DNA of 64,000 nucleotides, from the NCBI GenBank assembly GCA_012295275.1, contig CM022667.1, positions 12,214,001 through 12,278,000 of the forward strand. Direction: 5' to 3'. The stretch is from Chrysomallon squamiferum (lineage: Eukaryota > Animalia > Mollusca). The notes beneath the pieces are model-generated. The model saw only the letters and a program-made list of their open reading frames with translations, did no database searches and was not told the origin of the DNA. The position numbers were made by a program, and so were the translations under genes. Of this stretch, positions 1-14,419 are shown in pieces. The stretch's first letter is position 1. Each line of letters begins with the position of its first letter.

Positions 1-94
1 GCTAGAGTAGTAGCTGTTGTTGTTGTAGTAGTAGTAGCAACAACGTGATGAACATGATTTTCATTTTCAACAGTGTTGTCATCATCATTTACAT

Positions 95-138
95 CTTCAT
101 CATCTTCGTCGTTATTATTAGTGTTGTTATTATGGTTG

Positions 139-195
<57 letters not shown>

Positions 196-246
196 TATTA
201 CTGTCATTATTATTATATCATTATTATTATTATTACTATTATATTG

Positions 247-293
<47 letters not shown>

Positions 294-390
294 TATATAT
301 TTTTTATTTTATTTATTAGTAGTAGTAGTAATACTAGTCCTAGCAGTTGTAGTAGTAGTAGTAGCAGTGGTAGTAGCAGTAGCAGTAATT
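95..390. repeat. (ATT)n/(AGT)n trinucleotide microsatellite block
   Basis: Direct reading; source of the poly-Ile/Leu/Ser pseudo-ORFs at 45-422. Confidence 0.95.
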
Positions 391-888
391 TAAACGTTTT
401 TATTAGGTTTTGTACTAATTAACGAGACGTAATATAAATGAAAACAAGCAGATGAAAAGATAAATGAGAATGTAACAGATGTGTTGAATGATATCAACTC
501 TTTTGTCTGAAAAAAATTACTAATGTATGTATGTATGTATGTATATATATATACAAATAAACACACATTAACACACATACACACACACACACAGAGACAC
601 ACACACACACACATATATATATATGAAAGTTTGTATGAACGTATGTAGTAGGTATGTGTGTAATAATGAATGTAGTTTAAATGTTTAGATATATATATAT
701 ATGCATATGTCAAATGTATGTATGTATCCGTGTATATGCATGTATATATGTATGTACATATGTAGGTATGTATATTTATGTATTATATAGGTATGTATGT
801 TTGTATGAATGAATGTAGTAATGGATGGAACAAAAAATAAATCATTTAAATTGAGTACTATATATGGAACAAAAAATAAATCATTTAA

Positions 889-932
<44 letters not shown>

Positions 933-1204
933 ATGTATATGTATATTTATATGTCTCTATGTGTATGTCTCTCTGTGTGTGTGTGTCTATTTCTGTGTAT
1001 ATGATATAAATATAGATACATCAGTAATAATGTTTGTATTTATCAGTTGCATTCGACTGTTTATCTAATCATTTATTAGTCTTTCTGCAAATCCACACCT
1101 CTTAAATAATACGAAAACATTTTCTAAATATCATTTATATTTATTCACATCATTCGTATTTGGACAAAAATGAATCGTGTAAAAAATTATGAATAAATTA
1201 ATTT

Positions 1205-1930
1205 ACCTGTGACGTTGGCAAGGGAGGCGGTGTCGTCGTATAGGTGTATCCGATCGTATGAAGCGACATCGTTGCGATAGTTAATTAAAATGCACCACGA
1301 ATTGAAAATAACAACAAAAACCGGCTGTCAGTTTTAAATATTTCGTCCCCGGCTATCCGCATTTACAATTCGGATGGCCCATCTGCTTAGACCTATCGTT
1401 CGGCAACCTGTCACAGGCACGTCCGGTTTCGAAACGGGGTAAAAATGTAACTCTCGTAATAACTGAATAACAAATCTGGTAACAACCGTCGCAGACAAGG
1501 AACGAATAATGAATAAATAAAATTAAAAAAATTAAATAAAAAATTAACGAAGATGTTGCGTTAATCCACAGAAGTTAAGAAGCCCGGATTATGGATTATC
1601 CCGTTTATCCTCAACGTTCTGCTCCTCCTCCTTGTGCACCCGAAACCCTCTGCTTTTTCACCGAGACGCGTTTGTGCAGTAGGTAAGATCGTATCTTATC
1701 GAAAATTGCCGACCTAAGGGTCTGGAAGAGTCACGAGAAAGCATAATTGACACGGTATATCTTGACAGCCGTTATTGTGACTTTTGCGCCGTCTCTCGCT
1801 TTCCATTGGCCACCGCAGTTTCACCGAGGGCAAAAGTAGACGGCGAAGACTGGAAACCTGTAACGCAATACTAATGAATCTTGAAGGAAGCCGGCTGTAA
1901 GCCACGCCCACCTTCGGTTTGATTGGCAGC
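1205..1930. promoter_or_regulatory. CpG-retaining unique-sequence island, putative enhancer
   Basis: Complex CpG-rich sequence between microsatellite tracts; TAATCC/GGATTA at 1562, 1586, 1593; CTGTCA and TTATC motifs; no credible ORF. Confidence 0.4.
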
Positions 1931-2097
1931 TCTTTCCTTGAGACCTTTTTTTTCTCTTCTCTTCTCTTTTTTTTTTTTCTCGTTCTTTTTTTCTTCTTCT
2001 TCTTTTTTTTTTTTATTTTAATTTTTTTTTTTTCTGCCTTGACAGTATTGGTAGACAGACAGATAAATATTATAATTGATTATATAAGTAATACAAA

Positions 2098-2140
<43 letters not shown>

Positions 2141-2429
2141 ATATTAACAAACAAATAAATGAAAAAAAATTAATTAATTAAAATAAAAAAATAAAAAGGA
2201 AAACAGTTTATTTTAAAATATATATAAAACTAAATAAAATAAAAACAAAAATGGGTTACATAATATAAAATATAGTGTTAAGTACAGTTAATTTGACTGT
2301 AGTCTCTTTTTTTTTCATATAATTATATATTTCGATTTATTCTCTTTTTCTCTGTCTTTATATATCTATCTATGTATATATATGAATTATTATATATCGC
2401 TTTCTGTTTCGCTGTAACTCATATAATCT

Positions 2430-2601
<172 letters not shown>

Positions 2602-2909
2602 CTCACCTCACTCACTCTAATTTAAACTGATGGAAATTGAGCGCACACAAAGGATTATTATCTTTTCTGTTATAGCCGCAAACGGAGTGGCTTCTCGAAA
2701 ACCCGCCACACTCAAGTAGAATCCAAACAAAAGTATAGATTTTTCTCTCCACATTTCAAATTATTTAATCTCCCGACACTTAAATACCTGGTAAAAAAAA
2801 AAAAAAAAAAAATAGAAAAAAATCATTAACACTTTATTCAGTGTTTGCTTCCCTCGGATCAAGTAGAAGTGGAAAAAAAAAATAATAATAATAAAAAAAA
2901 AAAAAAAAA

Positions 2910-2912
2910 ATG

Positions 2913-2979
<67 letters not shown>

Positions 2980-3165
2980 TAATAATAATAATGATGATGA
3001 TAGTAATAATAATAATGATGATGATGATGATAATAATAATAATAACAATAACAGTAATAACAATAATAATACAACGACAATACTACTACTAGTATTACTA
3101 GTAGTAGTAGTAGTGGTAGTAATAATAATAATAAACGATAAAAGATAATAATAATAATAATAATA
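2910..3165. repeat. (AAT)n/(GAT)n/(TAG)n compound microsatellite
   Basis: Direct reading. Confidence 0.95.
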
Positions 3166-3254
3166 TTTTGCTGTCTCGCAAAATTAACCACCAATCATAG
3201 AAATAAAAAAAATAATAATGTATTACTACGCGCCTATTATCATCAGATTCGCTG

Positions 3255-3366
3255 TGATATTGACACGGTTTTCAGTTCGGAGGCAAGATGATATTGACAC
3301 GGTTTTCAGTTCGGAGGCAAGATGATATTGACACGGTTTTCAGTTCGGAGACAAGATGATATTGAC
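3255..3366 (+). repeat. 34-bp minisatellite, 3.3 copies (TGATATTGACACGGTTTTCAGTTCGGAGGCAAGA)
   Basis: Units start at 3255, 3289 and 3323, with a partial unit at 3357; one G>A difference in copy 3. Confidence 0.97.
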
Positions 3367-3780
3367 TTCGTGTTTATTTCACAGGCTGGATTAGTGCTAA
3401 TGTCACCACACTTTTTTCTTTTTTTTTTATGTCTATTTCTTTATTGACAGTCACAATTATTTCTTCAAATTAATTATTTTCAGCCCTTGATGACTTTTCT
3501 CTTTCGTGGTAATTTTTCGTTAACGGTGCTTTGCATAATGAATTCAGAGTTGGAATGAAGAAAGAAAGAAAGAAAGAAAGAATGAGTGAGAGAAAGACAG
3601 AAGGTGAATCAATGATAGAAAGAAAAGAGAAAGAAAGAATTTAAGAAGGTGAAACAGTGATAGAAAGGAAAGAGAAAGAAAGAAATTGAGAAAAAGAAAG
3701 AAAGACAAAACTGAGAGAAAGAGACGAGAAGAAAGTGAACAAAAAATAAACAAGCATAAAAAGAATGAATAAAAAAAAAA

Positions 3781-3811
<31 letters not shown>

Positions 3812-4589
3812 GAGGTTTAGAAAAAGAAAAAAAAATGTTAGAATACATAAAAATAAGGAAATAAGACAAAACAAACAAAAACAGAAGGAAAGAAAAATTA
3901 TTTTTAAAAAACAGACATATACGATTTATTTCAGTTTTTGTAACCAAGTAATTCATTTTAACAGTAAAAAATTACGTTAATCTCTTGTATTTAACTTTAA
4001 ATATTCAACATTTGTTGAACGTATAAATTCACAGCTGTTTTACTCTGTGAGATTCTAATCAAATAAATAATTGCTGGGGCAATGAATTAATAACTATTGT
4101 AGCTGATCAGTTCAGAGTTGTAATAAAACTTAAATAAATAAACAAATAAATAAATAAATAAATAAAATAAATAAATAAAACAAAATAAAGAATGAATGAA
4201 ACAAACAAAACAAAAAAACAAAAAAAATGAGATTTTTATCATAAGTATCGTTATAATTATTTTTGTTGTTTTCGTTGGTGGTGAAATTATTATGATTATT
4301 ATGATTATTATTATTATTATTTGTTGTTGTTGTTCATGTTGTTGTTGTTGCTGCTGCTGCTGCTGGCTGCTTTTGTTGTTATTATTGTTATTGTTCATGT
4401 TGTATTTGTTGTTATTTTTGTTCATATACGAATATATTTATTATTCCATAAATAAAACAAATACATAATCATGCAAATAAAAAACAGTTTAATTTTTTAT
4501 TATTATTATTGTAAAATGGATCAGTTATTTTTCATTAATATTGTGGACGTTCAGTTAGTTTCAAACATTATCAAGAACAATAAATCAAT

Positions 4590-4591
<2 letters not shown>

Positions 4592-4666
<75 letters not shown>
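4592..4666. repeat. (AG)n microsatellite
   Basis: Direct reading. Confidence 0.97.
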
Positions 4667-4669
<3 letters not shown>

Positions 4670-5560
4670 TATCTAGAGAAATTATTAAGAGTAGTTCGAC
4701 AAAATGACATATATATTTAATGATTTAAGACACAACTATAAGAAACAGATATAATTCGCTGCTATTATTTTTATTTTTAATATGTTTTCACTTGTAATAA
4801 TTATAATAAAATAATAATAATAATTATTATTATTATTACTACTACTATTGTTATTGTTATTCATATTATTATTGTTGTTGTTGTTGCTGTTATAAAATCA
4901 GTTTTTATAATTATTTTAAAATCATATTACATCTTAAAAGTGAAAGATAAAATTCAGTAGAGAAACAGAATAATTATTACTAACATTTGAGGTTTAATTT
5001 TAATCCACTGAAACTTAATATTAAAATTTTAATCTAGTAAGTTAAAAGATTGATAATTGTAATAAATAAATAAACAAAAATCTTAATAAATTAAAATCTA
5101 AATATAAATCAGTGAATTAGCTAAAATACATAAATCTGAAATAATTAACAAAGAAATAATAGTTAAATAAACAAACAAACAAACAAACAAACAAACAAAT
5201 AAATAAGTAAATAAATAAAGGCCATGACCAGTCATTCTCATTAACAGTAAGACGAATAAAGCTTTCTTTTGTGTTTTCTTTTCTGGGTTTTTTTCTTTTT
5301 TTTCTTATTCTTTTTTTTTTTTTCTGTTTTTTTTTCGTACTATCCATATAATCGTTTTAAAAAATGAGAACTGCGTATGATTTGATTTTATGACAGAGCA
5401 CTTTTCATTTTAATGATGATTTTAACAAATACAACAATTAAAGCTTAACACATATAACTAGTATCAGCTCTCAGTTCATTCGCCTAACATCGACAACAGC
5501 TGATACTTACGTCATAAGACAAACACTTTTTTTTTTAAAAAGAAAACTAATCTCTGAACC

Positions 5561-5624
<64 letters not shown>

Positions 5625-5659
5625 CTTCAAATTCAATAACAACTCGGAGATTATCTTTT

Positions 5660-6420
5660 TTTGCGGAATTGTTTAAGTGGGATCAACTCGCTTTGATAGA
5701 GCACGTGCATTTCGTGCGAAACCTAACTGACGGGGAGGGGGGTGGAAACATGGCCGCGGGCGGTAATAATCCATCAAGCCGGGAGACGGGCATCCATTAC
5801 CGACACAACGCAACGCTTGACAACCCGAGAAGACGACGACGTGGACAAGACATTCGTCCATCAATAACGGCTCGACCTCTACGTGGACGTCTCGGCAACG
5901 GCAGAAAATATCGTGGGAGAGGTTGAACAAGACGGACGGGGTCTTTTGTGAAATATGGAGAAAAACGGGGGGGAGAGGGGGGCAGAGAGAGAGAGAGGGG
6001 GGTGAAGAAATGGTCGAAATCTTTGCATGATAAGTGGTGGTCAGTGTAGAAATTTTTTTCATTTTTTTTTTTTGCTCGTTGTCACGTGGTCACGTGACAC
6101 GGCTGCCCGAGGTCAAGAGAGAGAGAGATTTTTTTTTTTTTAACCTGGGAACTCACTGCCTCGTTTTCGATGACGTAATTAATGTTAGGTGTTTCATACA
6201 CAGGTGGCGCTGCCTCGGCCTCGGCGGGACAGGTGGGTGATGGAACGCCCCGCACTCGGTGGCCTCGTTCTCGAAGTTGAATCGTTTCCGAAGACGATGA
6301 ATCGCCGTAATTAACCGGCCACCGTTCGACCTGTTTTAAACAGCACCTGCATATAGCGACCGTCTACTGGTGAACTCTGCCGTACCTGCTTTTTGTTTTA
6401 TTTGCAGCACCCAAAACACA
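5660..6420. promoter_or_regulatory. GC/CpG-rich island with tandem E-boxes and a CTCF-like site; putative promoter/enhancer
   Basis: CACGTG at 5702, 6083, 6091; CAGGTGGCGCTG at 6201; CGTAATTA at 6174 and 6306; AACATGGCCG near 5747. Confidence 0.45.
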
Positions 6421-6562
6421 CGCACCAAAACAAACTGAAACACATGTTTTTGTGTTCAAAGTGGAGATAATAAATAATGCATGCACAAAAACAAAAATGC
6501 TTCAGTGTTTAAAATTAAGAACGTAATATGCATTCGTTCAGAAATACATACATATAGGCATA

Positions 6563-6650
<88 letters not shown>

Positions 6651-7291
6651 ATGTATCTGTCTGTCTGTCTACCTGTCTATCAGTCTAAATGAGTAGTTAT
6701 TTATTTCGGTAGTTAAATGTCAGATATAATTCAACAATCGAAATACCAGTTTTAAGGCTACATTAATCAGTTTCTCCGTTTTACTTTCGTAAAACATCGT
6801 GCAAGTATATTAGATTTCTCAAAATATTGTATTTTTTTTTTTTTTCTTTTTTTTATCTTACTCTCTTCATTTTTTTTTTTTTTTTTTCATTTTTTCTTTA
6901 TTCTTTGTTGTTGTTTTTTAAAAAAAAATTATTTCTTTATATAATTTTTTTCTACATACACCTGTTGTTAGATTTTTCATTATAGCAATTTAACTGGTAT
7001 AGGGGCGAGGAATCGACACGCGCTGTGTTTTGTTGCACGTGCAAAACGTCACGTGTCACACGGCTGAGTGAGAATAGTCACACCTATTAGATACGGAATT
7101 TTGAATCGTTGGCACGTTGGGTGCAGTCTTCGGGTTACGAAAACATTTTAAAACAGTACCGAAGAAGAAAGAAAATAAAATGATAAAAATATTTTAAGGA
7201 TCGTTTTCGTGTTTTTTATCTCGGTTTGGCAGTCTGTAGTTGTTTAGTGTTGTCGTTTCTGCTTTTTAAAGTTGATCTGTAATTCTATATA

Positions 7292-7444
<153 letters not shown>

Positions 7445-7659
7445 GCGTGTCTTTATCTATTCAATTTATCCCATTCTACTTCTCTCTAGTCGTTTGTCTT
7501 AATCACCTCATTCAGTGAAATGCCCTCACATTTTAACGAAGAGATAATTATCATCGCTATCAACATTCTAAAACACAACAGGCAATATTCCACAATACTG
7601 CAGGACAAGCAGGACAATTTACATCTCATTCGTTCAGAATAATTCTATTAAACCTATTC

Positions 7660-8650
7660 CTTAATTCATTTCACCGGGTGTCGATTACGCTATCAGTTTC
7701 ACCGGTGTCAATTTCAAGACCGATGTCGCATTTCTATTAAACACCGATGACAAAAGTGGTTTCGGTGAAAAATCGAGGAATTGAATTAAATCTACGGAGT
7801 AAAGAGTTTAAGCCCATGATTTACGCCTCTGTTTTCGAAGACAATAAAGAAAATTTATGAAGAGATCCCAGGGATAAAACTGGGGGATCTAAAGGTCGTT
7901 AATGGGACGACATCCCGTTTGAGCAAGAGTTGATAAAATCGAAATAAACGACTGCTTTTCGTGAAACTGATCAATTTCGCGCGCTGAAACGTCAGATCGC
8001 GACCCGACTCCAGACAAAACAGCGTGTAAACAGAGCAATTAGCACCCAATATCTCCATTTCGCGGCGGAAACTTTGAAATTTACATCGCGCCGCGGTAAA
8101 TTGACATCTCGTCCTTTTTTCACGTGTCGCGCGGGCCGCTGTCTCATTTTCGCTTTCGTTATCACGGCGTCCATTTCCCCGCATCCGTTTCAATTTGCGG
8201 AGGTGATTGCGCAAAGGGAAGGCGTGTTTGAAAATAACGGCCGATCAGATGTGTATCTGTCTGAACGAAAAGTCTTCGGAATCGTCCCGGTGCAGCCCTT
8301 TTCTTGACACCGAATCACCGGTGCTCCCGTAATTTATTAGCTCAATTAAAAAAAGTCCGGAAATTTCTCGCTTGTTTACACAAATACCCAATACGATATT
8401 CATTATCCATAATCTCGACCGGCTTCGGTTTCCAAAGCCCCATTCGTTGTCGGTGATTGATTAGGGATACTCTGTCCCAAACCAGATTCTTAAGTTTTAA
8501 GCCGGCGAAAAGAAAAGATGTCTTTGAAAACGAAGCCGGACGATACGTCATTCTCGGACGGTCTTGGCATATCTTAAGAGCCGTAATGCAGCTTGAACGT
8601 GTCTCTCTCTATCTCTCTGTGCGGCGAGCCGAGTAAATGAATTTCCATTT
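7660..8650. promoter_or_regulatory. CpG-rich island, putative regulatory element
   Basis: High CpG density; E2F-like TTTCGCG near 7976 and 8058; CACGTG at 8121; overlapping ORFs unrecognisable. Confidence 0.4.
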
Positions 8651-8788
8651 GCGACTGAAATACTGTTTTTTTTTGTTTTTTTTCATTCTTACACAGATTT
8701 ATATATTTTGTCCGACTGACATAATTATTTTCTGAAAGCTGACTTAGAGATTTTGCAGTATTAGCGAAAAATTAAGGTGAAGGAAGGA

Positions 8789-8832
<44 letters not shown>

Positions 8833-9651
8833 AAAAGAAGAAGAAGAAGAAGAAGAAAATTAAAATGAGAAAGTGAAATAAATTACAGAAAGTTGAAGAA
8901 ATAAAATTAAAAAAATTTTAATGGGAAGGAGAAAAAAAGAAAGAAATAGAAGGAAAGAAAACAGAAAAACATACAATGAAGCAAATAAAGATACGACAAA
9001 TGAATGAGAGAAGAACTGAAAGAACGAAAACGAGTGAAGAAGAAAGGATCTGAGAGACAATGAAGACGAAAGTTAGAAAGAAGAAGGAGTAAAAATCATC
9101 GAAGTCATTCTACAATAAATACTAGTAAACCCAAAACTCAGGTGTACAAGATAACTCTTGCAAACTGGCAGTTACAAACCAAAAATATTCGAAGTCCTGT
9201 TGATGATCTTGTACTATGATATCAGTAAAATCAAAAAGTCTTTAAAAACGTGTTAATAAACACAAAAAAGGGACTCAAAAACAAGAATGAGTAACCACAA
9301 AAAGCATTTGTTTCTTGTAAAACATTCGTTGCTAACACTGATCTTCCTTGTCATCAACACAAAATATCTTTGTAAACATACCACGTAAACTAGCAGTGGT
9401 AACAATACACTTTTTAAATCAAACATCGGTAAACATAAAAAAAAAAAAAAAAAAAAAAAATGTTCTTGTTGACAAGTAACTTAGACGGAGAAATTCCATG
9501 TAAACAAGCTTTAGTAAACAGAACATTTTCTTGTAGTCGGACTTGGAAAACAAGATAAGCAGGGTTGTGGGTTTTTTTTCTGTGAGCCAAACTGCTACAA
9601 GAGTTCAGAGAGTGAACACATCAAATGTTTTAAAATTTATTTAGAATGTAA

Positions 9652-9702
<51 letters not shown>

Positions 9703-10601
9703 ACTTAAAGTCTGGATTTCTTTTTTTATCATCGTCAAATCATCATCATCAAAATTGTTCATTATTATTATCATCAAAATTGTTGTTGTCATTATTATTA
9801 TCATTATTTTATTATTATTATTATTGTTTTGTTGTTACTGTTGTTGTCGTCGTCATCGTTATTATTATTATTATTATTGTTGTTTGGTGTTGTCGTTGCT
9901 GATGTTGTTGTTGTTGCTCTTTTCGTCGTTGTTGTCATTCCGTTTCGTTGTATAATTATTACATTTTTTTTAATTCATATACATCAGGTTTTTAATTTAA
10001 TTCAGTTTTATTAATTTATTTTCTTTCTCTTAACCAAAACATAAAAATTAAAATTTTAAAATTTTCTAAAAATTAAAGAAAAAAAAAACAACCCAAGCAC
10101 ATAAACAGCTGTATGTGTGTCTACACATCATAAACTTTTAATTTTAAAAGATAATCCTAATAAATCTTTGTCTTTATCACTGTCTTTATTAATAATGACA
10201 ACACTAATCTCATTTACAGAAGGGGAGGACTGGAAAAAGGTCTGTCTGCCACTGTGACGGGGTGGGGCGAGGGTCCAAATTAACCACCCCTTCTGAGACT
10301 TACGCCCCTGGGAGGAGCGTAATTAGAACAATTTATGTCAAGGAAAGAGATAAGATAAATAATTTTGGCGGCTATGAATTCCTAGACAATACATGACACT
10401 TTAAAACAGATTTTATTAATGGTTCGTTGGCGAGTTAAGGGGTTTTTTTTATGAAAATTTCTGTCTGGAAAGCTTTAATTAAAGCTTAATATTTTATTTT
10501 ATTTTATTTTATTTTATTTTATTTTATTTTTTAAATTTATTTTGTAGATAAATCTTACCTTTATTAACATGTACATAAATCAGCTTTTTCGATAATTTTA
10601 A

Positions 10602-10730
<129 letters not shown>

Positions 10731-11519
10731 TTAGTCTGTTAAGAATAAGAGAGTACAAAAACAATTGTTACGAAAAAAAAAAGTAAACAAAATAAAAAAT
10801 AAAACAAAACAAACATTTATAACGAAAACTAAACAACTATAATTATTATCTATAATAAAAAAAATATATATAAATTCTTTCAGAAAAATTACACAAAAGA
10901 ACTCTATTAAATTCATATATCTCTGTTTTCTCTCTTTACAACCAATTTCTATTTTTATCAGACTACATAAAAAAAAATTCTTTAATCAGACCCAAGATGT
11001 CAGATAGATAAACAAAGATTGCATCACGCTAACAAATTTATCTCATGTAATTATAAAAACGGCGACAAGCATCTTGTCTTGTTTGGCCGGTGGTCTCCAA
11101 CAAATTTAGCCGACATTTTGACATTTTAAAAAAAAAAAAAAAAACGTAATTAGAATTATTTTTAATGTACTAGAGAAAAAAAAAAAAAAAAAAAAAAAAA
11201 AATACTTCTTCGATGAAAGACCGAGATTATGTGGCTCTTTTAATGTTACGAAACAAACAAACAGTTAGTGTTCGTTTCTTCTATTTTTTTTTTTTTTTAA
11301 AAAAGAAGAAAATAATAAGAAATTTGTTCGTAATAACAGTGTGTGATGTTGTTAGTTTATCGTCGAAATCGACTTGTAAATAAAACAGATGTGGGGTTTT
11401 GTTACGTGTTATCTGTTGAATATATTACATTGTTCATAACGCGATCAAACTGTGAGAAAGAATTTGCTGTAAATCAGTGATTTATGTAGGAACGAGTTTC
11501 TTAAATATTACTTTATAAT

Positions 11520-11605
<86 letters not shown>

Positions 11606-12197
11606 CCCTCTTTATTTCAGTCTATGTCGCTCTGTCTCTCTGACTCAGTATATAAAATTAAAATTATTAACGTATCAACTCATACCAATAATGTATTTAC
11701 TTTTTTTCTCACAATATCCTATAATTATTTTGTCTTATCTAAAGTTGTTTTGTAAATTTTTTAATGTTCTTTGTCGTAGAAAGAAGAAAAGAAAAAAAAA
11801 AACCCAAAAACAAGAAAAAAGAAAAAAACGAACAAGAATAAAGACGAAAAGAAGAAAAACAAGAAGAAGAAGAAGAAGAAGAAAAAAACAAAAAAACAAC
11901 GAATACGAGAAGAAATAAAAGAAAAAGAATTCGGTGATGGTAGCGTGTAGAGAACAAGCCCAAACTAATTATCAGTATACATGCATTATCATCGCCGTAA
12001 TTCAGTTTCTTGTCTTCGGGTATAAACACTGATAATCTATTTAATAGCTCGACAAACGGGCCCGGGGCTCAAACGAAATGGTGCAATTGTGAAACTGAAA
12101 TGACCACCGCTAATCAACATGGGAGAAACGCTCGTGCAGCGCGCGTGCCAGTAATTAGAAAAACAGACGGACAATTAACTGGCGATCTGAAGTCTGG

Positions 12198-12255
<58 letters not shown>

Positions 12256-12653
12256 CTCTACTCTCTATCTCTATCTCTCTCTCCCTCGCGTGTTTGAGTT
12301 CGAATTCAAAGAACCGGCTTTCTGCCTGCGGGTCGAAAATGGACGACATTACCGCTACGGTTAAGCTCCAAAAACAAGCTGTTATTGGCCAGAGTTCGCA
12401 GATCAAAGGGAGAGAAGTTAAATCGACTGAGTGGTCCGAAAGCGCAACGGCAGAAAGTGATTAGATAACGCGAGTGAATAAAGGTTACGAAGAAAAGAGA
12501 GGGAGTAAGTCTCGCTGAGTTCAAAACACACGATCTGTTTCGTAAGTAATTACAGAGTGAGGCAGAGAACCATGATGACAATGACGATGGTGATGATTGA
12601 AGTGATGGTTATGATAATGATTGTTGTTATTATTATTATTATTATATATGATG

Positions 12654-12695
<42 letters not shown>

Positions 12696-12886
12696 TAGTT
12701 ACTTACTTACTTACTTACTATTATTATTAGTAGTAGTTGTAGTTGTTTTTGTATTTATTTAGTTAGTTATTATTATTTATTTATTTATTATTAGTAGTAG
12801 TAGTGGTAGTAGTAGTTGTTGTTATCGTTGTTGTTGTATTTATTTAGTTAGTTCGTTAGTTATTATTATTTAGTTATTTATTTATT

Positions 12887-12932
<46 letters not shown>

Positions 12933-13500
12933 ATTTGAACGTAACTGCAGAAAACTGGAGAGTATTCTGTTGTAGTAGGGGTAGTAACAACATTATGCAT
13001 TCACGTACATATTTTATAAACACACAAATTTGAATTGTCATCTCATATTCTAGACACATGCGAATACAACCGCCTATTACTCTATGAATATATACAGAGA
13101 CACCAAACAGGTTTTTATTATTATCCATTTAAAATCCATTTAATTTCCACAGAAGGTACAGACACTAAAATAAAGTACATCTACCCAGCATAATTAACCT
13201 CTGACACCACGTTTATACGAATACCCACAAACCCTAAAACACACTGCGTTCTCACAGTTCACAAAACACAGAAATACTTAAGTTAAATAAATATACATAC
13301 GTACCTCAAAGAAACATACCTCCAAGGCACTAACATGTAAACTCGCATTCAAAAACACAAAACAGGAAAGTATCTTCCCTACACATAATTTAAACAAATG
13401 ATAAAAATACAAAGCTTAAACAAACGAATAAATTGAAAAAAAATTCACATAACTTAACCTAACGAACACGCTCATTAACATTCCCACATGACTTAAACAC

Positions 13501-13634
13501 ATTGATAAAAACACAAAACACAAACAAACAAATTGATAAACACACAAAACTTAAACAAACACACTGATAAACACACAAAATTTAAACAAACACATTGATA
13601 AACACACAAAACTTAAACAAACGAACAACTGATA
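13501..13634 (+). repeat. 31-bp minisatellite, about 4.3 copies (ATTGATAAACACACAAAACTTAAACAAACAC)
   Basis: Units start at 13501, 13532, 13563, 13594; degenerate flanking copies. Confidence 0.9.
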
Positions 13635-14158
13635 AAACATATAAATATATATATATACAAAACTTAAATGAACACACTGATAATTACACGAAACAAAAAA
13701 AACAAAACAAAACCCTCAAAAAAACAAAAAAACAAACAAACACAAAAACTAAAGACAGTAATAAATGAACAAATTCATAAGAACAAAACACTCATCCAGT
13801 GGATTTGTGATATTTATTCCAAAGTTTATTTTCCTGTCGTCGTATCTGTTTTCTCGCATCTCTCTCTATATCTCAGTTCATTGTCCAGATCTGACCGCTA
13901 TCTCGACAAGGTATTCCGACTCCCACACCCATGCTTTGTGTCACGATTATCAGTGATACTGCTAGTTATAATTACGCACGTGCGCACGTTGACGAGGGTG
14001 TAGTTATCAGAGAGGTACTTAGACTATTTACAAAGACTACACTAACGAGGAAGTGTTAGGCAATCGTGTAAAAGGTTTCGTGATTGAATTTTTGATTTTT
14101 CTTTTCTCTCTCGTAACATATACATTCTTTCTTCCTTTCCGTCTGTCTGGTTGGTTTT

Positions 14159-14419
<261 letters not shown>

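Noticed and set aside
3255-3366. 34-bp repeat as a CRISPR array, or AGGCAAGATG as miR-31
   Set aside because: No spacers or cas genes in eukaryotic DNA; the miR-31 similarity stops after 10 nt and there is no hairpin.
5669-6062. Overlapping 85-aa and 129-aa ORFs in the GC-rich island
   Set aside because: No recognisable homology; open frames on both strands are expected from local GC richness.
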